A DNA stretch of 64,000 nucleotides, from assembly GCA_963665295.1 (NCBI GenBank), contig OY762209.1, positions 2,080,001 to 2,144,000 on the forward strand, in the 5' to 3' direction. The DNA is from Syntrophorhabdaceae bacterium (GTDB taxonomy: Bacteria; Desulfobacterota; Syntrophorhabdia; Syntrophorhabdales; Syntrophorhabdaceae). The first letter of the stretch is position 1; every line of letters begins with the position of its first letter. Of this stretch, positions 40,702 to 49,260 are shown in pieces. The notes beneath the pieces were generated by a model, which worked only from the letters and a program-made list of their open reading frames with translations, did no database searches and had not been told where the DNA came from. The translations under genes and the position numbers were made by a program.

Positions 40702-42177
40702 ATGTCAAATCATCCGGCCATTTCCGTCTGCATGATCGTGAAGAACGAGGAAACGAACCTCCCGAGACTCCTCGCGTCGATAAGGGGGCTTGCGGACGAG
40801 GTCATTGTAGTCGACACGGGCTCGACGGATAGAACGGTCGAAATAGCGAAAAGCTTCGGGGCGAAGACCTACCATTTCGAATGGTGTGACGATTTTTCCG
40901 CCGCGAGAAACGAGTCCCTGAAATATGCCACAGGGGATTATATCTTGTGGCTGGATGGCGACGACGAAATATCGGAGCAGGACCACCCGGCGATAAAGGA
41001 GCATCTGTTGGGACATCCCGGCTCCGCGGTCTACCTGAAAGTGGTAAGCATCGCGGAGGAGGGGCCCACCGAAGCCATGCAGCTTCGCATGTTTCCGAAC
41101 CTCAAGGGCCTCGCGTTTTCCGGCAAGGTTCATGAACAGATTCACGACGCTCTTGCTGAAAAGGGCGTGCCTTTCACGGGCTGCCATGCCCGGGTGACCC
41201 ATTTCGGGTATCACACGCGGGAGGCTCTCGAGGAAAAGCTGAAAAGAAACAAGGCGATCCACGAGAAGGAATTGGAGGAAAATCCGAACAACCTCCATTC
41301 CCTCTTTTTTGCCGCAAGGGCCCTGAAGGGCCTGAACGAGGTCGAAGAGGCCCTGGAATACATGGAAAAGGTTCTTGTCCTGGGGAATGAGAGCAGGGAC
41401 AGGGATGTGCTCATGGTCACCGTCGTTGACATGGCGGACGCCCTCTGCAAGTTTGGGAGGGACGGTGAAGCCATATCGCTCCTTGAACGATGGAAGACTC
41501 CACTCAAGAATCCCCCTCTCCTGGGTTACACCCTCGGGGAACTCTATTTTAAGGGCAGAGACTACGGGAAGGCATATGTCGCCCTCGCTCCTCTCAAAAA
41601 CGAAAAGTTTGAAAATGAGATCGTGCCCCTTCTCGTGGGGGGGACGCGATTCACCATGCTGAGGGACCTCGGGGTATCCGCCCTTTTCGCGGGCGACCTG
41701 ACCCTGGCGGAGGAATGTTTTACGAACTGCCTTGAGATGGACGATCAGAATGACGAGGCATGGCATTACCTCTCTCTCACAAAAGAACGGAACTCGGACA
41801 TGAAAGGCGCCGTCGAAGTATGCCGCAAAGGACTTGCAACCATTAAAGACAATGGGTTTCTTAAGAAACGGCTCTTCCTCAGCCTTATCAGGAACAATGA
41901 ACCGGAGCAGGCCCTTAAGGAATACGACGGCCTGAACGGACAGAAGGATAAGGACCTGGAGGTAATGGCCGGCATGTTCCATATACATTGTATAAGACTC
42001 GACATGGACGGCATAAACCGGTTTTACTCGCTTATCCGCAGGGAACTGTCCCTTTCCCCCGATGTATTTCCCGAGGGACTGGACCGTGTAAGGAAGACCC
42101 TTCCTCTTTTAGGGGAGGCGAAGGCCGGAGAATTATTTGAATCGGGAATTTCGCACTTGCTCCGGATAAACCCTTAA
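40702..42177 (+). CDS. GT2 glycosyltransferase with TPR tail, candidate flagellin O-glycosyltransferase
   Basis: SVCMIVKNEE, VDTGSTD, DFSAARN, WLDGDD, VHEQ, HFGY; immediately upstream of fliC. Confidence 0.9.
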   Translation: MSNHPAISVCMIVKNEETNLPRLLASIRGLADEVIVVDTGSTDRTVEIAKSFGAKTYHFEWCDDFSAARNESLKYATGDYILWLDGDDEISEQDHPAIKEHLLGHPGSAVYLKVVSIAEEGPTEAMQLRMFPNLKGLAFSGKVHEQIHDALAEKGVPFTGCHARVTHFGYHTREALEEKLKRNKAIHEKELEENPNNLHSLFFAARALKGLNEVEEALEYMEKVLVLGNESRDRDVLMVTVVDMADALCKFGRDGEAISLLERWKTPLKNPPLLGYTLGELYFKGRDYGKAYVALAPLKNEKFENEIVPLLVGGTRFTMLRDLGVSALFAGDLTLAEECFTNCLEMDDQNDEAWHYLSLTKERNSDMKGAVEVCRKGLATIKDNGFLKKRLFLSLIRNNEPEQALKEYDGLNGQKDKDLEVMAGMFHIHCIRLDMDGINRFYSLIRRELSLSPDVFPEGLDRVRKTLPLLGEAKAGELFESGISHLLRINP

Positions 42178-42200
42178 GTTTGCCGGCCACGTGACGATAA
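42174..42200 (+). promoter_or_regulatory. Sigma28 promoter of flagellin
   Basis: TTAAGTTT-N11-GACGATAA, about 105 bp upstream of fliC. Confidence 0.85.
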
Positions 42201-42304
42201 CTGTATTTAGAAGGGATAGAAAAGAAAGGAGGTGCAGAGGATAAACCTTTCTTATCCCAAAAAAAGGGCACGATGCCCAATAAAAAACAAACAGGAGGTT
42301 TACC

Positions 42305-43441
42305 ATGGCTTTTAGAGTTAACACGAACGTATCGTCCTTAAACACTCAGAGATGGTTAGGAATATCAGGAACAGCTCAGGCGAAATCACTGGAAAGACTC
42401 TCAAGCGGCTTCAAAATCAACAAGGCGTCCGATGACGCGGCAGGTATTGCAATCGCCACAAAGTTGAACGTGAAATCGGTCTCCATGACAAAGGCCATCG
42501 ACAACGGCAACCAGGCACTCTCCATGTTGCAGACGGCAGAAGGTGGCATCGACCAGATCTCCAACATCCTCACAAGGCTTAAAGAACTTGCCACCCAGGC
42601 GGCTTCCGACAACACCACGGACAGAACGGCACTGGACAATGAGAGGAGCTACCTCGAGACGGAAATCGGCAACATAAGAAGCAACACTACCTACGGCACA
42701 ACCGGTCTCCTTCAGGGCGGCGCGACTATCGCTGCGGGCGCTTCCGGCACCAGCTTGACTGCAGGCGGCGGTATCGCGAACATCGATGTCACCTCAGCGG
42801 CAGCGGGCGTCTTCACGTTGACCAACACGGCCCTTACGGCCGGCGCAGGAACCATTACCCTGGCAGGAGCAGGCGGAACACAGTCAGTGTACGTAAGCGG
42901 CGTCACCGGATTTAACGAAGTGACGGCTAACTTCTCGACCCTTGGCGTGAAAGTAACGGTCAACGCGGCCCTGGCAGTGAATGCCGGCGCAAGTGGAGCC
43001 ACAAGTGGGTTCACAGTAAGTACGGGTTCATCTTCCTTCACGTACCAGATGGGTGACACAAACCAGACCATGAACCAGGTTGGCGTGTCCATAATGGACT
43101 TCGCCGTTACCGGTTCGGTCCTCAACATTACATCAGGTTCCAACGTTGCCAGCAAGTCGTCGGCACAGGCCTACATGACCTTGATCGATACGGCCGTCGG
43201 CAACCTCACTACCCAGCGAGGTAACCTCGGTGCTTCCATGAACCAGATCAGCTACCACGTGGCGAACCTGAGTACCATGAGTGAGAATGTCAAGTCGTCG
43301 GTATCGACGATCAAGGACGCAGACTTCGCTGCCGAGATGGCGGATTTCACGAAGAACCAGATTCTGCAGCAGTCCGGTGTAGCAATGCTCGCTCAGGCAA
43401 ACTCTCTCCCGCAGCAGGTACTCTCTCTGCTGAAAGGGTAA
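42305..43441 (+). CDS. fliC: Flagellin
   Basis: RVNTN, ERLSSGFKINKASDDAAG, IKDADFAAEM, AMLAQAN..PQQVLSLL. Confidence 0.98.
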   Translation: MAFRVNTNVSSLNTQRWLGISGTAQAKSLERLSSGFKINKASDDAAGIAIATKLNVKSVSMTKAIDNGNQALSMLQTAEGGIDQISNILTRLKELATQAASDNTTDRTALDNERSYLETEIGNIRSNTTYGTTGLLQGGATIAAGASGTSLTAGGGIANIDVTSAAAGVFTLTNTALTAGAGTITLAGAGGTQSVYVSGVTGFNEVTANFSTLGVKVTVNAALAVNAGASGATSGFTVSTGSSSFTYQMGDTNQTMNQVGVSIMDFAVTGSVLNITSGSNVASKSSAQAYMTLIDTAVGNLTTQRGNLGASMNQISYHVANLSTMSENVKSSVSTIKDADFAAEMADFTKNQILQQSGVAMLAQANSLPQQVLSLLKG

Positions 43442-43460
43442 GGGATAACAACGGAAACAG

Positions 43461-43486
43461 GCCCCCTTCCCTCACGGGAGGGGGGC
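43461..43486 (+). terminator. GC-rich hairpin after fliC (terminator or mRNA stabiliser)
   Basis: GCCCCCTTCCC-TCAC-GGGAGGGGGGC, 11-bp stem with one G:U pair; weak U tail. Confidence 0.65.
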
Positions 43487-43508
43487 ACATTTGATTAGGG
43501 AGCAGACC

Positions 43509-43850
43509 ATGCTGGTGGATACGAAAAACATGATTTCGGACTTTGATTTCACCGCTGCCCCTGCGCCGAAAGCGAAGGAAGCCAGAAGAGCGGCGACCCC
43601 TCAGGAGGGGGCTGCCGATATTGCAAAGGTAAGTGAAGAGACGTTAAAGAAGATAGAAAACATGATCAAGGAGTTTGGTTCGTCGGACAAGGTGAGCATG
43701 CATTACGACAGGGACATCGACAGGGTAGTGGTGACAATTTCGAGCGGAGAGACTCAGGAGGTAATCAGGCAGATCCCCTCAGCTGAGTTTGTGTCTTTCT
43801 TGAAGAATTTCAACCAGATGCTGGGGTTGATGGTCAACAGGAGGTTATAG
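43509..43850 (+). CDS. flaG: Flagellar protein FlaG
   Basis: VVVTI..ETQEVIRQIPS, GLMVNRR; between fliC and fliD. Confidence 0.9.
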   Translation: MLVDTKNMISDFDFTAAPAPKAKEARRAATPQEGAADIAKVSEETLKKIENMIKEFGSSDKVSMHYDRDIDRVVVTISSGETQEVIRQIPSAEFVSFLKNFNQMLGLMVNRRL

Positions 43851-43852
43851 GG

Positions 43853-45574
43853 ATGAGCGGAACCGTATCCATGACCGGGCTTGTGAGCAATACCAACTGG
43901 TCGAGTCTTATTGATTCCATTATAAATGCGGAGAGGGCGTCTACGGAAAACCCCCTGACTGAGAGCAAGAACGCCTACCAGTTAAAGCTTACCGCGTGGC
44001 AGTCCTTCAATACGAAGCTTTCCGCTCTCACGGACTACATCGACAGCAATAAGCTCAACAAGACCGCCGGATACGGGGTCTACACATCTTCCCTCACGTC
44101 AAGCGACACGTCCGTCACCCCGTCGAGCGTGCTCAGCGTCTCGGTGGGCTCGTTGAGCGGGCCCGGTAAATATTCGATAGAGGTCTCGCAACTGGCCAAG
44201 GCGGAGAAGATATCGAGCGACGCCTTTACGTCGAACTCCACCGACCTCGCGTTGGCGGGAGATATTGTGGTCAACAACAAGGTGGTGACGATTCAGACCG
44301 GTGATAACCTGAATACCGTCGCTGCAAGGATAAACAACGCCGGTGCGGGAGTCACCGCCACGGTGCTCAAGGTGTCCGATTCGGAATACAGGCTGTCTCT
44401 GGAATCGAATACCACGGGAGCGACAGGGATGTCCCTCAGGAACGGCGGTTCCACGGACATTCTCGAATCTCTGAAGGTGCGCAGTTCCACCCAAACCCTC
44501 GCCCATGCGTCAGGCTCCGACGCCCTGAGCGACACGTATACGAATACGACGGGCGCAGTGGGAACGCTCATGGGCCTCACGTCGGCGCAGAGCGGGACCA
44601 TAAAGATCAACGGCACCGATGTGGCAGTCAACCTCGGCACGGATTCCCTGCAGACCATAGTGGACAATATCAATCTGGCCGCCCCTGCGGGCGTGACCGC
44701 TTCCATCGATACCGTGACCTCGGGGAGCGCCACTTCGTACCGGCTGAAACTTACGAATACGGGTGTATCCGACCTGGTGGACAGCAACAACATCCTCGAG
44801 TCCCTGGGGGTAGTCAAGTCTTCCGCAACCAATACTCTGAGAACGGGCCAGGACGCGTCCCTCAAAATCGACGGCTACGCCATCACATCGTCTTCGAATT
44901 CCATTACGACTGCCATAAGCGGGTTAACCCTTAACCTTGCCGGCACGAACGTGGGCAAGCCTGTCGATTTGACGATCAGCCAGAATACCACCCAGATAGC
45001 CACCAATGCCTCGACCCTGGTAACGGCCATAAACAACGTCATTTCCTATATCAACGAACAGAATACCTTCAAAAGCAGCACGGGCAGCAGCTCTACCGCG
45101 ACGCAGAATCCCCTGTTCGGTGATACCACCCTGGCATTGGTGAAGAGAAGTATCTCATCTGCCGTATTCACCACGGTGAGTGGAAATACCGCCTATACCA
45201 ATGCATCGGACATCGGGATCAGCTATCAGAAGGATGGGACGCTGGCCGTGGACAGCGCCAAGCTGTCGACCGCCCTCTCAACGAACAGCGACGAGACGGT
45301 GAAGGTGCTCAAGAACCTGGGGGATAACCTGTACAGCAATCTCCACGGTTTTGTGGACCCCGGCTCAGGGACATTGGTGCTCGCCACCAAGTCCATACAA
45401 AACAAGATGACCAGCATCGATACGAAGATATCCGACCTGGAAGCGCGGTACGAGAGAGAACGGGTGTTGATGGAGACCAAGTTCAATGCGCTCGAGGTGT
45501 TGATCAACCAGTCCAACACCACGAAGAGCTGGCTTACCCAGCAGTCTACCGTGTTGCAGAATACAAAGAGCTGA
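43853..45574 (+). CDS. fliD: Filament cap protein FliD
   Basis: GLVSN, VSQLAKA, GQDA, KFNALE; Ser/Thr-rich. Confidence 0.93.
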   Translation: MSGTVSMTGLVSNTNWSSLIDSIINAERASTENPLTESKNAYQLKLTAWQSFNTKLSALTDYIDSNKLNKTAGYGVYTSSLTSSDTSVTPSSVLSVSVGSLSGPGKYSIEVSQLAKAEKISSDAFTSNSTDLALAGDIVVNNKVVTIQTGDNLNTVAARINNAGAGVTATVLKVSDSEYRLSLESNTTGATGMSLRNGGSTDILESLKVRSSTQTLAHASGSDALSDTYTNTTGAVGTLMGLTSAQSGTIKINGTDVAVNLGTDSLQTIVDNINLAAPAGVTASIDTVTSGSATSYRLKLTNTGVSDLVDSNNILESLGVVKSSATNTLRTGQDASLKIDGYAITSSSNSITTAISGLTLNLAGTNVGKPVDLTISQNTTQIATNASTLVTAINNVISYINEQNTFKSSTGSSSTATQNPLFGDTTLALVKRSISSAVFTTVSGNTAYTNASDIGISYQKDGTLAVDSAKLSTALSTNSDETVKVLKNLGDNLYSNLHGFVDPGSGTLVLATKSIQNKMTSIDTKISDLEARYERERVLMETKFNALEVLINQSNTTKSWLTQQSTVLQNTKS

Positions 45575-45606
45575 TGCGCCTTCAGACAGGAGGAGATAGA
45601 TAATAG

Positions 45607-46047
45607 ATGAATCCCTACAGGGCCTATTCAGCGGCAGACAGCAACGTGAATGGAGACAGCAAGCCGAAGCTTCTCCTTAAAGTCTACCAGTCGATGCTTG
45701 ATAAGATCGATATCGTGAAGTCCGCCATTGAAAGAAGAGATTTTGAAAGCAAATACGACGGGCTCACGAAGCTCACCACTGTGCTCGAAATCCTCGATTC
45801 TTCCCTGGATATGACCCAGGGTGGCGACGTGTCAAAGAACCTTTCCGACCTTTATCAGTACCTTGTAAGGAGGCTTGTGTCCGTCCATATAAGCCAGGAC
45901 GTCAAGATCCTTGATGAATGCAGGTCCATTATAGTTCTTCTCAATGAAGGGTTTGTCGCTGCCTATGAAAAAGAGGCCAAAGAGAAGGGTCCTGCATCGG
46001 GAGACAGCGAACCCGGCAATGCGCCTTTCTCCTGCCGTATGGTGTAA
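45607..46047 (+). CDS. fliS: Flagellin export chaperone FliS
   Basis: YRAY, SLDMTQGGDVSKNLSDLYQY. Confidence 0.92.
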   Translation: MNPYRAYSAADSNVNGDSKPKLLLKVYQSMLDKIDIVKSAIERRDFESKYDGLTKLTTVLEILDSSLDMTQGGDVSKNLSDLYQYLVRRLVSVHISQDVKILDECRSIIVLLNEGFVAAYEKEAKEKGPASGDSEPGNAPFSCRMV

Positions 46048-46155
46048 TGAGCCCGGAGTCTCTCCGTGCTCCTCCGAATGTCTTGTCCTCCTCTCGCGCC
46101 GGGTCTCAAGGGTTACGGCCTGAACCGCGGGAAGTCCCCCGAATGGAACAAAGGT

Positions 46156-46692
46156 TCAGCCGCCGGCCGGCGTTTTCCGGGCAATCATATTGAGGCTGAT
46201 GAGTTCCCCTTTAAACCTCATGCTGCTGGTATCGTTGAAAATGCCGAATTCAGCGACCCTCCTGACGTCGCCGAAACCGGCTTCGCTCAGGTATGTATAG
46301 AGGAATTCCTGATTCAAACCGACATAATGGTAGTCGTGGGCATCCGTATGTCCTCCGAAGATCATGCGCATCACGTGAAACCGCTCAATCGGGTTCAACA
46401 GGTTTCTCGCGGAAAACAACCGGGCGAGAACGTCAAGATCGGGAACACTGACGTACAATGTTCCGGAAGGCTTCAAAACCCGGTTCCATTCCCTGAGGGC
46501 AGACAATAGCTCACCGTTATAATCGAAATGCTCCACCACATGGGACGCATAGATGTCATCAAAGGAAGCATCGGAAAAGCGGGACAGGTCATTGGCGTTG
46601 CCGAGATGATCGACATGGGGACCGGGAAGGACTTCCATAATTTCCCATCCTGGTGCGGCGGCGTTGCCGCCCACGTGTAATCTCCGTGCCAT
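46156..46692 (-). CDS. Class I SAM-dependent methyltransferase
   Basis: RLHVGG, IYASHVVEH, RVLKPSGTLYVSVPD. Confidence 0.88.
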   Translation of the reverse strand: MARRLHVGGNAAAPGWEIMEVLPGPHVDHLGNANDLSRFSDASFDDIYASHVVEHFDYNGELLSALREWNRVLKPSGTLYVSVPDLDVLARLFSARNLLNPIERFHVMRMIFGGHTDAHDYHYVGLNQEFLYTYLSEAGFGDVRRVAEFGIFNDTSSMRFKGELISLNMIARKTPAGG

Positions 46693-46821
46693 ATGCGCCC
46701 CCTTGAACGACCTGTGAAAGACTATATCGCGATTGAAACCGTCCGTGCAAGTGTTATCGTGCGGGATGCCCGGGCCAATCGCGCAGCCGGTTGTTTTTAC
46801 CGGATCTTATGGCTCCGCCGG

Positions 46822-46850
46822 TTGTAAAAGGTTTCTCAAAAATGTACAAT
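46822..46850 (+). promoter_or_regulatory. Candidate sigma70 promoter of the first GT41 gene
   Basis: TTGTAA-N17-TACAAT ending 10 bp before ATG 46861; no RBS. Confidence 0.45.
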
Positions 46851-46860
46851 TATCAGCGAC

Positions 46861-49077
46861 ATGGCAAAGAAAGTGAACAATACGAGGCCGGGAAACACCA
46901 ATGCCGCCGCTCTGCCCGGAATCCTTCGCTCGGCTGTTCAATGCTACGAAAAAGGGGATATATCCGGAGCGGAGACTTTTGCCCGATCAGCCATAAGGAT
47001 AGACCCCGGGAACGGTGATGCCCTGCTCATCCTGGGGGTGTGCGCCTATGGGATGAGGCGCTACGACGAGGCCTGCGAGCATTACCGGCACGCCTTGAGA
47101 ACATCGAAGTCGCCACTCGTTTACAACAACCTCGGGGCCGCCCTCAAGGAGTCGGGCAGGCTTGACGAGGCGATTGAGGCGTACGGACAGGCCTTGTTGC
47201 TCAAGCCCGACTATCCCGAGGCATACTGCAATCTCGGCAACGCGCTGAAAGACAAAGGAGATGTTGAGAGGGCCATAGGCGCCTACAACCAATCTCTTGG
47301 ACTCAACCCGTTGAACCCGGGGACGCTCAACAATCTCGGACACGCCTTGAGAGACGCGGGACGATTCGCCGAGGCAATAGAGGCCTACCGCAAGGCCATT
47401 CAACTGAACCCTGGTTTTGCCGACGCCTACCGGAGCCTCGGCATTGCCCTCAGGGAGTCGGGCAGGCTCGACGAGGCGATCGGGGCCTACCGGCAGGCCC
47501 TCGCGCTGAAGCCCGACTATCCCGAAGCGTATTACAATCTTGGGAACGCCCTGAGAGAGAAAGGAAGCACGGATGAAGCCATAGACGCTTACCGGCAGGC
47601 CCTCGCGCTGAAGCCCGACTATCCCGAGCCGTACTGCAACCTGGGAAACGCCCTGAGGGAGAAGGGGGATATAGAAGGGGCCGTAAGCGCCTGCCGGCAG
47701 GCTGCAGCCATGGCCCCCGGCTTTGCCGAAGCCTACAGCAATCTCGGTAATGCCTTGAAAGACCAGGGAAGGATAGAGGAAGCGATAGAGGCCTACGAAC
47801 AGGCGGTCAGACTGAACCCCCGACTCCTGGAAGCGCACAGCAACCTGATTTATTCGAGGCAGTTTCTTCCCGGTATCACTCTGGAGAGGATATTGGAGGA
47901 TCACCGGCAATGGAATGCGGTTCATTGCACGCGCTATGGGGAGCGGCGGGATTCCTTTGGAAATTCGAGGGACCCCGGCCGGGTACTCACCCTGGGGTTT
48001 GTCTGCGGTGATTTCAGAATGCATCCTGTCGGATATTTCCTGATACGGATATTCGAGGCCCTGGCCAAAGAGGATGTGAGGATTGTCTGTTACGCAAACC
48101 AGAAGGCCGGGGACGATCTGACCTCGCGTTTCAGGGCCGCGGCATCCGCGTGGAGGGATATCTATCATGTCTCCGACGATGAAGCCTGCCACATGGTCGC
48201 GAAGGACCATGTGGACATACTCTTCGATCTTACCGGGCATATCGAAAACAACCGCCTGGCCATATTCGCGCGAAAACCCGCGCCTGTCCAGATTACATGG
48301 GCCGGTTATATGGCGACCACAGGGATGGATGCCATGGACTATATAATCGGCGACCCGAATGAGATATGGGAAGGAGCGGAGAAATACTATACGGAAAAAG
48401 TCATAAGAATGCCTGACTCCTTTGTCTGCTACGAAGCCCCCCCGTATTCACCGGCTGTGTCACCTCTTCCTGCCCTGTCAAGGGGGTATGTCACTTTCGG
48501 CTGCTTCAATATATTGTGCAAGATTTCCCCCCAGGTGATCGCGGTGTGGAGGGATATCTTTGTCCGCCTTCCCCGTTCCAGACTCGTGCTCAAGACAAGA
48601 GAGTTGAGTTGCCGCAGCACCAGGGAACGATACCTCGGGCTCCTCGGCACCTATGGGATCGATCCGCACAGGGTAGACCTTATCGGCAGGACGCCTCACA
48701 AAGAACATATGGAATCTTACGGCGAAATCGATATCGCCCTGGACACTTTTCCCTTCTCGGGAAGCACTACCACGCTGGAATCGCTTTGGATGGGCGTGCC
48801 GGTGATCACCCTGCCCGGTGAGACCTTTGCCGGCCGTCATTCACTCAGTTTCCTTTCTTCCGTGGGCGTCAGGGAGACGATTGCCCGCGATGCGCAGGAC
48901 TTTGCGGAAATCGCGGTGGGCCTTGCCGGGGATATCCCCCGTCTCGCTCGTCTGCGCGCCTCCTTACGGGACAGGTTTGTGTCGTCACCTCTCTGTGACG
49001 GGACAAAGTTTGCCCGCCGTCTTATGGAAGAACTGCGGACGGTCTGGTCTTTTTGGTGTGGAGACCAAAGGACCTGA
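46861..49077 (+). CDS. TPR + GT41 glycosyltransferase, SPINDLY-like (copy 1)
   Basis: About 9 TPRs; DFRMHPVGYF, DLTGH, FGCFN..CKI, DTFPFSGSTTT, WMGVP. Confidence 0.9.
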   Translation: MAKKVNNTRPGNTNAAALPGILRSAVQCYEKGDISGAETFARSAIRIDPGNGDALLILGVCAYGMRRYDEACEHYRHALRTSKSPLVYNNLGAALKESGRLDEAIEAYGQALLLKPDYPEAYCNLGNALKDKGDVERAIGAYNQSLGLNPLNPGTLNNLGHALRDAGRFAEAIEAYRKAIQLNPGFADAYRSLGIALRESGRLDEAIGAYRQALALKPDYPEAYYNLGNALREKGSTDEAIDAYRQALALKPDYPEPYCNLGNALREKGDIEGAVSACRQAAAMAPGFAEAYSNLGNALKDQGRIEEAIEAYEQAVRLNPRLLEAHSNLIYSRQFLPGITLERILEDHRQWNAVHCTRYGERRDSFGNSRDPGRVLTLGFVCGDFRMHPVGYFLIRIFEALAKEDVRIVCYANQKAGDDLTSRFRAAASAWRDIYHVSDDEACHMVAKDHVDILFDLTGHIENNRLAIFARKPAPVQITWAGYMATTGMDAMDYIIGDPNEIWEGAEKYYTEKVIRMPDSFVCYEAPPYSPAVSPLPALSRGYVTFGCFNILCKISPQVIAVWRDIFVRLPRSRLVLKTRELSCRSTRERYLGLLGTYGIDPHRVDLIGRTPHKEHMESYGEIDIALDTFPFSGSTTTLESLWMGVPVITLPGETFAGRHSLSFLSSVGVRETIARDAQDFAEIAVGLAGDIPRLARLRASLRDRFVSSPLCDGTKFARRLMEELRTVWSFWCGDQRT

Positions 49078-49141
49078 TCTCCGTCTTGCCCCACGGTTCC
49101 GCCTCCGCGAACAATCACGAAACTACCGGACTCCCCCCCGT

Positions 49142-49157
49142 TGGCATCATTGTTGCA
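49142..49157 (+). promoter_or_regulatory. Sigma54 promoter upstream of GT41 copies 2-4
   Basis: TGGCAT-CATTG-TTGCA in the intergenic gap. Confidence 0.8.
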
Positions 49158-49260
49158 TGGTTCAAAAGGCAGGGAGTGGAATGCCCGGAGGAGGAACTAT
49201 GGATGACGACGCGGCACATGGACAGACCGGAGGTTCAGAGACCCCCATGGAGGGTCTCTG

